64,000 bases of DNA, from NCBI RefSeq assembly GCF_964355755.1, contig NC_092672.1, forward strand, positions 33,052,437-33,116,436. Direction: 5' to 3'. This stretch comes from Antedon mediterranea. Lineage: Eukaryota; Animalia; Echinodermata. Both the position numbers and the translations under genes were made by a program. The notes under the pieces are model-generated. The model worked only from the letters and a program-made list of their open reading frames with translations, did not search any database and was not told the DNA's origin. This document shows positions 1 to 11,730 of the stretch, piece after piece (position 1 is the first letter of the stretch; each line of letters begins with the position of its first letter).

Positions 1-86
1 ATAGTACGCACTATTCAACGGTCGTTAAATTGTACTTTTTGAAACATTTTTGTGTACGAAAAAAAAACGTCTAGATGTTATATAAA

Positions 87-248
87 ACAAATAATGAATG
101 TTTTGTATTCGTGTAATGGTACAAATAATGGCACTTGGTGAATGATGAAAGGTTATATCAACTCGGCTTTGCCTCGTTGATATAACCTTTCATCATTCAC
201 CTCGTGCCATTATTTGTACCATTGCACTCATAAACATTCATTATTTGT
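87..248. mobile_element. ~160-bp palindromic (hairpin) MITE
   Basis: Near-perfect inverted repeat acaaataatgaatg...tgaatgatgaaaggttatatcaac / gttgatataacctttcatcattca...cattcattatttgt around a short spacer. Confidence 0.7.
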
Positions 249-592
249 ATATTAATGACCTTGGTGGTTTTGGTTGATGTAGTTTTCAAGACTCAGATGA
301 GATATCATATACAGTAGAACAATCATAAATAGAATGAAGAAAATGGAAAAAACTTTCCTGGTAAAACCAACTCTCTAAAAGTAGAAAACTGGATATTCCA
401 AAATGTTTGAAACTCATTACTGTATACTGTACTATTGAGTGAGTGAGTGGCCGAGCGGTTAAGACAGTGGAACCGTAATTACGTAGCCATAACATCGGCA
501 GGGGTTCGAGGCTCACTCACTCCATGGTTCTGGTGGTAGAACGAGTCTTCTCGGATAAGGACTATAAACCGTAGGTCCAGTGTACACATCTA

Positions 593-3500
593 TATGGTCG
601 CTGTCATTACTGCTTGACTATCGGTTCAAATTGAACCGTATTTTCATTACTTTTATTTGATTCTATATGTCGTCTTGTCCTGCATTTGTTTTGTGGATGT
701 CACTTTTATTCAGATCGTCTTGTATTTGTATGTAATTTGAGAATTTTAAGCGAGATTTACTGACTTTACTTTTGCTAAGTGACTTAGCCCCAGTGTGTTA
801 CAACAATAGAGAACTATTCAAGTGAACGACGACAGTGTGCATACTATGCCGCCTGGAATGTCTACGAATAACACTACAAAATATACAGGGGTGGCTAGAT
901 ACATACCTTGCCTTCGTGAGTATGAACTACATTGTAATCAACCTTGCTGTGTTAAGAATAAAAATAGAAGAAAGAAAAGAGCGGGTAGAAAACTGAGACG
1001 TAAAATTAAAGTACAAATAACTACTAGGAGGCTTAATATGCCTGACCATCAGAAACGTTCCCAATGTCAACATAATTTAATCAGTATTAGGACAGAACCA
1101 AAGACAAAAGTATTTTGCCCAAGCCCACGAATTTTTCTATCCAATGCCAGATCACTAAAGAACAAAGTTGATGAGTTTGAAACTAAGATTTTGAAACTTG
1201 GCATCGATGTAGCTGTTATCACTGAATCCTGGCTGAATGATCAAACTGAAGCAATAGCTAACATTCCTCGATACACTTGTATTACCAAGAATAGAAACGA
1301 ACGTAGTGGCGGGGGAATCGCTTTGTTTGTAGCAGAAAAGTTTTGTGTGAATACTATCGACGAGCATCCTTTATGTAACTACGAATGTTGTTGGAGGAAA
1401 ATAGTGTCACCTACTACTGGCAGAACGTCGCAAAACATTTACATTGGGGCTGTTTATTACCCACCATCAGCAGAAGGTAGTGAGGATTTGTTAAACCATC
1501 TAATACAGACAGTTGATTCTATTCGCACCAAAGACATGTCTACACCTATTATCATATTGGGTGATTTTAACGACTTAGACACTGACCAACTCACGTCTAG
1601 TCTTGCCTTAACCCAGATCGTTAATTTTCATACACGTGGGACGTCTCTTCTTGATAAGATCTTTATGAGCCATCCCGAACATTATCACCTTCCAGAACGC
1701 CATGCGCCTTTAGGGCGTAGTGATCATGATTCTATCGTCGTCATGCCACTCAATGAGATCATACAATCAAAATACGTTCACATAAAATTGAGACCTTACA
1801 CCGACTCTTCAATTAGAAGCTTTGGTCAGTGGATAACCAGCCATGGTTGGGATGAGGTATTTGACGCTGATACCTGTAATGGTAAAACTGATGCGCTTAC
1901 GCTATCACTGAGAAGTGCTTTCAATCATAGTTTCCCAATTAAGAGTCTTCGTAAACGTGTTGCTGACCGACCGTGGATAACCACTAAAATAAGACGCCTG
2001 CTGGATGAAAGACAACAAGCATATAAACGAGTACCGGAAAACGAATGGAAAAAGCTAAGAAACTGTGTACAAAGAGCTATCAAAACTGCTAAGGAATCAT
2101 TTTACAAGGATAATATTAGATGTCTTAAACTTAATAACCCTGCAAAATTTCACAAAAGCGTACGTAACTTGTGCAACTTTAAAAATAAACCAAACATAAA
2201 GTTTCCAGGTGAATCTTATACTGAATCAGCGATAAAAATGAATGATTATTTTGCCTCTATATGCTGTCAACTACCGTCATTAGATTTAAAAGCTTTACCA
2301 GCCTTTTTACCAGCTGAAAGCCCACCACCTACAATCTTTTCAGGCCAAGTTCTAAAAATATTAAGTAAATTAAATGCCAGTAAGTCAGGTCATCCTGACG
2401 ACCCCCCTATTAAATTAATTAAAGAATTTAGGGATGAAATATCTCCAGTATTAGCTGATGTATTTAACGCCTGTCTCTCTGAGGGAGTTTTCCCAGAGAT
2501 ATGGAAATTAGCGACTGCAATACCTATCCCTAAAGTTAGCAATGCATCATCACTACAGGACCTGCGTCCTATATCCCTGACACCAATTTTTTCCAGAGTT
2601 TTTGAATCGTTTATTGTTTCATGGATTTCAGAGGACATTAATGGACTGCTAGATAAGAAACAATTTGGATGTCAAAAAGGCTCCTCAACAGTACATTACC
2701 TTATTGACTTAATCAATACGGTTGTTAGTGATCTGGAAACTAGTGGTACTTTTTTTAATATATGTACGATTGATTTCGCTAAAGCGTTTGATCGAGTCGA
2801 TCATACCATTGTCATTAGTAAGCTTATCCATTTGGGTGTGAGGTCATCTCTTATTCCCATCATCTGCAGCTTCCTTACAAATCGTAAAATGAACACCAAA
2901 TTCAATAACTGTACCTCGCCTTATAAAGAAATAACATGTGGTGTCCCACAAGGAACCAAATTGGGACCAATATTATTCCTCATTTTAATCAATGATATCT
3001 CCACGGGAAGCTGCAGGGGATGGAAATATGTAGATGACCTTACACTTGGAGAATCCGTTAAATATAGGAAACAGCAATCTATGCAATCAAGCCTAGACGA
3101 TGTGACTAATTGGTGTCAAGTTAACAATATGATCCCCAATCCCAAGAAATGTAGTATAATGAGAATTAATTTTTTGTTAAGGGAGTTACCGCCTCCTAGC
3201 TTCTCTCTTAGTGGCACTGAACTCCAGGTTGTGAAGCATATTAAGCTATTAGGAGTTTTTATCCAAGACGACTTGAGGTGGAATTTACATGTTAATGAAA
3301 TAATTACAAAGGCTTCCCGTAGGTTATTTACACTCTGTATTTTACGTAGGGCTAATGCCCCAGTTGACGATATGAAATGTATTTATTTGAGTTACATTCG
3401 GCCTATATTGGAGTACACCTGCCCTGTATGGCATGGTGCCATTACACAATTTCATACCCAACTTATCGAAAGGGTTCAAAAAAGGGCCCTAAAAATTATT

Positions 3501-3928
3501 CTTGGCCTTAATTACATTTCATATGAATTAGCTTTAGAATTTTTAAATTTACCTTTGCTAAAAGTCAGGCGTGATAATCTTGTACTGACTTTTGGCAAGA
3601 AGATGTCGAATTCGGACAAGTTCAGTTATTTGCTCCCCCCTATCCGTAGTATTCCTCGTGTTCTCCGAAGCAACGGCAAGGTCAAATATCAACAATACAA
3701 ACCGAGAACCGAAAGATTTAAAAATTCACCAATCCCTACAATAATCAATTTGCTAAACAATAGTTCATGAGCCAAAGAGTCAGAGTGATATTGTTGTTAT
3801 TTCATTTTTTACATCCTTTTTATTGTTATGTAAGTATTGTATAGTAATTTTGTAATTGCAACGTTTTTAGCCTTGCGGCTACTTGTTGTAAGTTTTATAC
3901 CAGAATAAATAAATAAATAAATAAATAA
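593..3928 (+). mobile_element. Non-LTR retrotransposon (CR1/L2 group, Crack/Daphne/Rex-like), ~3.3 kb, apparently intact
   Basis: Single APE-RT ORF, 3' stem-loop tagcc-ttgc-ggcta, (AAAT)n tail 3904-3928, and ATCTA direct repeat at 588-592 and 3929-3933. Confidence 0.9.
846..3770 (+). CDS. LINE ORF: apurinic-like endonuclease + reverse transcriptase (first ATG 846; ORF track starts it at GTG 822)
   Basis: APE motifs NARSL, ITESW, GGG, YYPP, GDFN, SDH; RT motifs RPISLT, DFAKAFD, GVPQGTKLGP, YVDD, LLGV; no stops over 982 codons. Confidence 0.92.
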   Translation: MPPGMSTNNTTKYTGVARYIPCLREYELHCNQPCCVKNKNRRKKRAGRKLRRKIKVQITTRRLNMPDHQKRSQCQHNLISIRTEPKTKVFCPSPRIFLSNARSLKNKVDEFETKILKLGIDVAVITESWLNDQTEAIANIPRYTCITKNRNERSGGGIALFVAEKFCVNTIDEHPLCNYECCWRKIVSPTTGRTSQNIYIGAVYYPPSAEGSEDLLNHLIQTVDSIRTKDMSTPIIILGDFNDLDTDQLTSSLALTQIVNFHTRGTSLLDKIFMSHPEHYHLPERHAPLGRSDHDSIVVMPLNEIIQSKYVHIKLRPYTDSSIRSFGQWITSHGWDEVFDADTCNGKTDALTLSLRSAFNHSFPIKSLRKRVADRPWITTKIRRLLDERQQAYKRVPENEWKKLRNCVQRAIKTAKESFYKDNIRCLKLNNPAKFHKSVRNLCNFKNKPNIKFPGESYTESAIKMNDYFASICCQLPSLDLKALPAFLPAESPPPTIFSGQVLKILSKLNASKSGHPDDPPIKLIKEFRDEISPVLADVFNACLSEGVFPEIWKLATAIPIPKVSNASSLQDLRPISLTPIFSRVFESFIVSWISEDINGLLDKKQFGCQKGSSTVHYLIDLINTVVSDLETSGTFFNICTIDFAKAFDRVDHTIVISKLIHLGVRSSLIPIICSFLTNRKMNTKFNNCTSPYKEITCGVPQGTKLGPILFLILINDISTGSCRGWKYVDDLTLGESVKYRKQQSMQSSLDDVTNWCQVNNMIPNPKKCSIMRINFLLRELPPPSFSLSGTELQVVKHIKLLGVFIQDDLRWNLHVNEIITKASRRLFTLCILRRANAPVDDMKCIYLSYIRPILEYTCPVWHGAITQFHTQLIERVQKRALKIILGLNYISYELALEFLNLPLLKVRRDNLVLTFGKKMSNSDKFSYLLPPIRSIPRVLRSNGKVKYQQYKPRTERFKNSPIPTIINLLNNSS

Positions 3929-4169
3929 ATCTAGCTCGTGTGCACTTTAAAGAACCTAGTACATCTTTCGAGACGAGTAGGGGGTTATTAGTGCATCACA
4001 GTCACTGATCACCAACTGGGCCCTCTGGGAGACCAGTATAAATATATATTTCAATATTGGATTTTCCTGAGCACCAAGCATCTTGGGTGATACCCCTACG
4101 CTTTCCCCTCCTCCCTAGGCATAATATGCTTTTACTGGAATTTACTAGATTTCATATCTTAATACGTAC

Positions 4170-4653
4170 CTTCTACTCCACACACCATTTTCACACGATC
4201 ACGTTGCTCCACGTTGTAATGACTGAACGACATAAACACGCCGTTAGGGTCATACGGTTTCTCCTGATAGACTCGAGCATAACTGTGTTGCCATTCGAAC
4301 CGTTCAAACCCATCGTACTCTGCGATTTTTCCCGTAATATCAAAATACTTCTGTATGAAGGAAAACGGAAGGTAGACCTCATCTCCTTCTCTTCGTCCTT
4401 GTATCGTGATGTCATCATTTATCAAACATTCAATGTCTTTATAGTGTTTGCTCCCGCTAAGATCGGATAATTGGAAGAGATTTCGATCATCCGGTAAAGC
4501 GTTTAAAGGGAGTCGGTCTGAAGTGTCTTGCTTACGTTTGAGTTCAAGGATTTCTCCATCACATCGCTGGTAGAAATGTAAGAGTACTGTCATCAAGCCG
4601 CATGCTGTCACGATTACGAGAAGATTTTTCGGGGAGAATCTTGAACACCTCAT
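4170..4653 (-). CDS. GLCE: D-glucuronyl C5-epimerase, first coding exon (acceptor at 4682-4683, phase-1 donor after 4170); downstream exons lie outside the window
   Basis: Type II membrane N-terminus MRC..., then [55 protein letters not shown]...GVEG, matching known GLCE sequence; splice sites ttttcag| and G|GTACGT. Confidence 0.93.
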
Positions 4654-5399
4654 TGCAGCATCGCTAATTTTGTTTTTTTGTCTGAAAAACGAAAAAATTA
4701 GTTATATATTTATTCAAATTTCTGTCAAATACAAAACAAATAGAAAAGGCAAGAAAAGTCCAAACAGGTGTTAAACATCTATGCTAGTTGGTCAACACCA
4801 AAACAGGCAAATAATATCAACTTTAAACACACAAAAGAAATTGAGCAACTGCAAGCATTTTAACTACAAACATTTTCGACACTATAAGAAAAATGGAGAA
4901 AAAAAAATTTGATAGACAAAATATCAACAAAAATTTAATTTTATAAATTTCTATAAATGGAGAGTAAACCTGATAAATATGACATTTATACCTAATGACG
5001 CAGGTTTTTTTATATTAACTTAAAGATGGAGTACTATATCCTTTAAAACATAAACAAATAAAGATGTATAAAATTATAATAAAGTTATTCACTTCTGCCA
5101 AAAAAAAAAAAATGAGAATTAACCATGTAAACAATAGCACATGGTTTTTCTTTATTTTATACTCCTTTTTCAGCCAAAAAATATTATAAAATTACCAATG
5201 GATACTGAGGGCGTCAAGAGAAACCAATATTATTAATGAGTGTACAGTATAACGACATAAAATATAGCTGTTATTGGACTGTTATCAACACTGTTTAAGT
5301 AACTGTCAATAATACTCAATTAATTGCTAATAAGCATGTTGCAAATATTTTTCACACAGCTCCAAAACAAATGGTTACTAAAAACGGCAAGGCTTAAAA

Positions 5400-6600
5400 T
5401 AACATAACCGAATTGAAACTTGTAACTACACCGGAAAAAAAACCCAATTGTATAATAAGAAAAATAGCAAAGAAAAATAGACAAGATTATAATCTAAACT
5501 TTACGCTTGGATTCACATTTTATTTTTTCCCCCTAAATCCTAAAAAAGTTACTTCTCAAGTCCCTCACTTTTCACCAAAAGTTAAAAAATAAATTACTTA
5601 CAACCCTTCCTCAAGATATGTTTCTTGCTTTACCCCCATACTTTATGAATAACAACAAAGTTATTAAAATTTGGAGTCAGCACTACTTGATGAGACAACA
5701 GTCAAAAGTTTATAAAATCAGCTTTAGCCTTAATGGGCCTTGATTGTTACTAAAAAAATCCAAACATCATAACTTGTTAATGATAAAGTGATACCAACAA
5801 GATGATAGTCCATGCAGAAAAAAACAATCAACCATAGAACTGAGAACTCGGAAAGAAGTTAAGCCAGCAACACCTGTGAGTGTGAACGTATGTGTAAGAG
5901 TTTAATACGAACAAGTTCCCTCCAAAAACAGATCACAGGAACAAAGAACAGGAAAATGCGATTTGTTCAACACAAAACGTTTTCGCTTGAATAACTCCAC
6001 TGATAACTACTGTCTCCAAAAATGATTTCTCTCTTCCGAAGAAAAATATCTTAAAATAATTTCATCAGACGATTAAATCTAGCAAACATCCTTTTTAGGA
6101 GAAGCGTTTAGTGTAAAACTGAAGAGAAATTCTTCAACAAAACTAGTTGGTTTCAAGGGTAAAGCCAAACAGATGGATCAGCCTGCCTATCAGCCTTTTT
6201 TCAAGATTTTTGTCAGACAGGAAGTGATCATCTATAATGGGGAATTAACTTCCAATGATAGCTTCTGTTTGAGTGGTACTGTCTTATCCCAAGTGTACAC
6301 AATTCGGTGTAAACTTCCTGCCACTGAAAACGACAAAACCAGACAGTACAAAGCACCAAAGTGTACCTCAACATCAGAAAAAGTCAGCCATCTTTATTCC
6401 ATAAATTCTCTTTATATAAATGTTGAAATCTTGTATTACTACCAGGTATTAACTGCACATTTTTGGGGTTTTATGACTTTAAAAGTCTTTCTCAACTTTA
6501 TGACCTCCATAATTAAACAAGCATTTTTGAAATAGTATTGAAAGAGAAAAATTTGCCATGATTTACCATAATGTTGAAAATATTGATAGGTTCATTTTCA
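5400..6600 (-). mobile_element. Highly degraded L1/Tx1-like RT fragment (boundaries approximate)
   Basis: Minus-strand relics resembling DFEKAFD (near 6490) and G.RQGDP (near 6180-6200), with many stops. Confidence 0.35.
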
Positions 6601-6650
6601 TAGTTTAAAATGAAGATAATGACTTCTGGTGAAAGTATGTTATGTACCAT

Positions 6651-7050
6651 TATCAAGATACTGTGATCTGCATCATCATCAATATAATTGTGATATGTTA
6701 TCAAGATATTGTGATCTGCATCAACAAGATATTGTGAACTGCATCATCAAGATATTGTGAACTGCATCATCAAGATATTGTGATCTTCATCATCAAGATA
6801 TTGTGATATGCATCAAGATATTGTGATCTGCATCATCATTCATCATCATCAAGATATTGTGATCTGCATCATCATCAAGATATTGTGATCTGCACCATCA
6901 AGATATTGTGATATGCATCAAGATATTGTGATCTGCATCATCATTCATCATCATCAAGATATTGTGATCTGCATCATCATCAAGATATTGTGATCTGCAT
7001 CATCATAAATATATTGTGATCTGCATCATTATATCATTGCTATCTGCATC
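6651..7050. repeat. Minisatellite, ~20-26-bp unit (cat)n-caagatattgtgatctg
   Basis: Directly visible tandem units with a variable number of CAT triplets. Confidence 0.9.
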
Positions 7051-7141
7051 ATAAATTATCATCTTCCAACAACATCATGGTATCATTATCATTGTGTATA
7101 TAATAGCACTCAATCGTTTATTAACGACGCATGCTCGTTAT

Positions 7142-7550
7142 CAAAGAACTTATAACACAAGAATCTCCTGTTCTTCAATTTGCATTCAAAACACAGTATC
7201 GGAAGTACAGGGTTAAAAGGTCAAACTGGGCGACGCCATTTCACAGCATGGAGCAGCGCCCCCTCCAAACTAGGAAGTCAATTACTCTACCCCCCTAGAG
7301 TATTAGCAGAACCCCTCTATGATTTTGACTTTCTAATTTGATGCGGGCGCCCTACTCCTCAGTCAATTACTCTATCCCCCCTAGAGCATTAGCAGATCCC
7401 CTCTATGATTTTGACTTTCTAATTTGATGCGGGCGCCCTACTCCATGGCTCACAATGGCGCCACCCATAGCTGTATTCTATCCCACAATGCCTTTCGAAA
7501 TTGTTACGCGCTTCGGACGAACAGGAGATTCTTGTGTTATAAGTTCTTTG
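7142..7550. mobile_element. Non-autonomous DNA transposon, P-element-like, 7-bp TSD
   Basis: ~32-bp TIR caaagaacttataacacaagaatctcctgttc; TCGTTAT at 7135-7141 and 7551-7557; internal ~85-bp tandem duplication. Confidence 0.85.
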
Positions 7551-9257
7551 TCGTTATGAAATAAATACTGAAATTAATTATCCTCACGCTCATACGCCTG
7601 TGCAGACTCAATAGCTAAGTACAGTTGTTTAGAGGTTTATTGTGAAAATGAAAAAAAAAAAAAAAAAAAAAAAGAAATGACGTTATTACAATAAAATTGC
7701 ATCATTGGGAAGCCTATGCTGAGCCTCACATCATTAACTATACCACAGGACTGCGGATGACACTGCGACAAAGTCACCGGCAATCCTATCTATACTATCT
7801 ATTTAAAAAATGTGATTTTTTACGTCTAGAAAATAATTTTGTTACCTACTGTACCACCATCATAGACCAGTTGAGAACACAGATAATCATTTACAGTACA
7901 ATATTAACAGTACCTAAAAGTATAGTACAACGTGCAACTTACCACCACCTGTATTTATGTATAGGTGTTACGTATAGGAAGTATAACGATTGTTTAACAA
8001 CAGTATTACTATGAACATTTCCAAGAAATGAAACGTTACTAACATTTCAACTACTGTACCAAGAAGCAGCAGATCAAATAAATGATGACATCTTAAATTA
8101 AGTTATCACTAACTAGCACCATTTCTTTTAAAACACTAGAAACGTCAACTCGACAAGGATTTCCTGGAGAAATACGGGAAAAACATTCAAGAAGGTAGAA
8201 ATCTATTTTAGTCAAAACAAAGGTATTATTAGTTTCATTTCTAAGGAATATTAACAGCCAAGTCAAAGACTACAGAATGCCTGATAATGAAGAAGATGGT
8301 TATTTATGAAGAAAAATGGTTTTTTTGTAAGTATTTTAAATGTAATATGTTGTCGAAGTGCCAAGATATTTCTGTTTACATTTTGATGAATAAAGTCTAT
8401 GTCTATGTGTTGTTTTTTTTCTGGTGTTGCATCTGAATTATCAATATATTGTGGATTGGATTATTTTATTCTTTCTACATATCAATATAGTTTTTAAGTA
8501 GTTTTGTTTTAATTGGACTTTTGGATTTGGATTAAATAAATCAAAGAGTATTAATAATTAATAAGTTCCATAAATCTGTTAGACTTTTGAAGAGGATTGA
8601 ATAGTTTGTTATTATTTAATTTACTTAAATATATTATATTATCTATTTGTTTAAATTACTCAACTCCCTGATGCAAAGCTACTCCACAGTAGCTTAAAAA
8701 CAATTACAATTTTTTATTATTGTTATGTTTGGTTGGCACATTGGAGTCTGGCTTAATATGGAGCTTTATTTGTTTTTTCACTCGACTATGTTTCACTGCT
8801 GAGTACAAAAGTCATTCTGGTACATATTCAAAACATTATACAATAATATTATGCAATAATCCGATCATACATGAGCAAGTGATGAGCTTTAGGATCCTCC
8901 TGGCCCAACAGGTGAGCCTCTAATAAGGCTAAAAAAATGAAAACATTTTAAAAGTAAAAATTGTAGAGGATGCTATTTTATTTAATGAGGAATGTTGTTA
9001 AGAAAACAAAACTAAGCAAAACCAGTAGGAATATTTTGTTTGTATTATTCCAATTTGAAAATATAAAATGAAATTTGATTTTACTGTATATTATCAGCTT
9101 AATTAAAATACTGTACATCGCTCATAAACAAAGGACATTTTTGTGATCTATCTGGGAAAAAGAAAACACCTAAATTGTAGAGGGCGCTATTAATGATTTC
9201 CTAAATATGATAGATGAAAGGCAATTAAAAGGTTCAAGGATGGAGTGATCTAAACCA

Positions 9258-9417
9258 AAGCTCTGTCTACACTATCAAGCTATGACAGAAAAGTGTGATG
9301 TGCCCAAATATGGTAGTGATATGCCTAAATATGGTAGTGATATGACATCATCATGTCCATATATGGGCACATCACGTGTTTTGGTCACATAAAATTTGAT
9401 AGTGTGGACAAGGCTTA
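9258..9417. mobile_element. ~150-bp MITE family, Harbinger-like (other copies ~20425-20573, ~23165-23252, ~25013-25156, ~45453-45597)
   Basis: Termini aagctctgtctacactatcaa / ttgatagtgtagacagagctt and shared core gacatcatcatgtccatatatgggcacatcac in five places. Confidence 0.8.
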
Positions 9418-11228
9418 ATTTCTCCATGGTTTATCCAAGACTAAATCAAATATAACATGTTTAATCAATCATACAAATTACGAAAATTGAATAAATTTTA
9501 TGTGTCAGGCACAAAAATGATTACTTGGTCAATAATTCATAAATCATATTTATGATTGATGCTGAATTCAATCAATAATTTACTGAAGTTATACTGAATA
9601 TCATTCATATTAAAAACATTAAATCTTAAAATATTTAAAAAACTATTGAATCACAAGCATCAAAAAATATTATTCGTTTTGCATAAATTAATATTTGGTA
9701 TAAGATAAATTGTGTAGGACAAACGAAAAATAAATCCTTTTGTTGTAACTGGGATTAGACTGTTAAATATAAATTCAAAATAATGTATTCCTCTCTTCGG
9801 AGAGAGAGGCTATGTTAGTTTATCCAGGTAAGTTAGGCATGAAATATAAATTATTTGTTCATGGGCCATAGTATTATGAATATGAAATAAGGATGAATAT
9901 GGAATCTTGTAGACTTAAGATGTTAAGTTTAAATGTGATTTGAATTTTGTGTTTTTAATGATTATTAAATATTAACTATTTATATTTTTATATTATATAA
10001 TGAAGTATTAATTGCCCCATGTGGGATGAATAAAGAATTTGACTCGAACAAAACTGTACTGTATGTACGGTGTAGTGTGTGGTCAGTTCAAGCAGTTCGT
10101 AATGGCCGTTGTTGGTAGTAGTGGAAGCCACTATTAATGAAGCCTGTTTTTTATGATGTTGCCAGCCAAGTATTTTGATTTAATGGTTTATGGTTTTAAA
10201 TTTATACAGCGCAAAATACAAATAGTCTCTATGCGCTGTTTAGCACAAGTGTAAAAATGAAAAAGTTTATGAAAATAAACCAGAAAAAAGCCTAATAATA
10301 AATCGAACAAATTGACCACAGGAAAAAAGTAAGAAAACGGAATCTCACATCACCACACTGTTTTGAAACTAAACTTGTCAAGAAAAGCTAGCTATTTAAT
10401 AACATTGTTTTAAAACTTCGAAACAAATTCTATGTTTGAAATTGTACAACTATTACGGAAAATTTAATATAATATAATGTCAGCACATTATTGAAGAATA
10501 ACATTCGATAGGTTCAACAAGTATTATGTGATATTATTATCAGAAGGTTTAATTAATAGCTCTTTCATTTGGGGATGTTAGACGATCAATACAATAATTA
10601 TACAGACCGTAACGCATTGTGTAACGCAGACAGAATGGTTATTTCTTTCTAATATTGCTGAACTAGAATTTACAAATATAGACTTAATTATCATATTTTC
10701 TTCTTTTTTTTAACCTATTGAAAATATATTATTATATACAGTAAAGTTTATTTTTTCTGTTTTATTACAGATTACATTATTATTTTTGTTTGAAGGTTTG
10801 TATAGCGAAATCAAATGTTGAAATTAAGTTTGCGGTACACCACATATATCGTTCCGAAAAGAACTATTTGAGTTTCTCAGTGTTCAGGAAATGTGGTATA
10901 CCGCAAACTGTATAATATTAACACACCTATTTTTATTTCTTAAAGTTTATGTATAAAGGTAAAACAATTGATGAATCACCCTAGTTGAAGTTGCGGCACA
11001 GTATCAATATTTTTATCATTAATATTTTATCATTAAAAAATTCTAACATAGAGTTCTATACTCACGGTACCTATTAAAAGCATTAATACTTCTCCTATAG
11101 TAATAGTTTGTTTTAAATGTCACATTAGCTTTTGAAATTAAGCATTTAGTATTTAGATAATCGTATACTACGACGTCTAAAGAATATTTTAATATGGCTT
11201 TATGTTCAATAATAATGAAATGTAACAG

Positions 11229-11730
11229 AATTTTATTACAATTTATTTTCAATAATTTTGCAGTTAATCTTTGATAATAATTCATCTATATCATTTAACC
11301 TTCATTAACATCATCATAATAATAAATTTATTTTAAAGCATATAATATGCTGTTTAAAACCGGAGGCAGTTGCAATTTAGTTGCGAAAGAATTATGAAAT
11401 CTATCTGGCATTTTATTACAATTTATTTTCAATAATATTTGTAGTTAATCTTTGATAATAATTCATTTATATCATTTAACCTTCATTAACATCATCATAA
11501 TAAATGTACTGCATTTTGTTACATGATGTATAAAACTTGAGGCGATTGGAGAGTAGTTGCGATAGAATTATGAAATCTATTTGGCATTTTATTAAAATTT
11601 ATTTTCAATAATTTTACATAATCTTTGGTAATTACTCATTAAACCATATTAACATCATAATAATAAATGTATTTTAAAGCACATAATGTATAAGACCCGA
11701 GAGGCAGTTGCAATAGAGTTGCGATAGAGT
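11229..11730. repeat. Tandem triplication of a ~175-180-bp unit
   Basis: attttatt..aatttattttcaataat...aacatc..ataat...gaggc.....gttgcga..ga repeated near 11229, 11409 and 11586. Confidence 0.75.

Larger units (their letters stand above)
441..4035 (+). mobile_element. tRNA-derived SINE with Nin/Deu-like central domain, split by a LINE (parts ~441-592 and ~3929-4035)
   Basis: A-box TGGCCGAGCGG, B-box GGTTCGAGG and acceptor-like stem gagtgag/ctcactcCA. The body cggataaggactataaaccgtaggtcc...gcactttaaagaacc...tttcgagacgagtagggg resembles the Nin/Deu domain and rejoins once 593-3928 is removed. Confidence 0.75.

Noticed and set aside
441-523. tRNA gene
   Set aside because: Arms are imperfect and the sequence continues into a SINE body; the same holds for 24200-24270 and 46665-46725.
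4057-4470. 137-aa plus-strand ORF
   Set aside because: Antisense shadow of the GLCE exon; no recognisable motifs.
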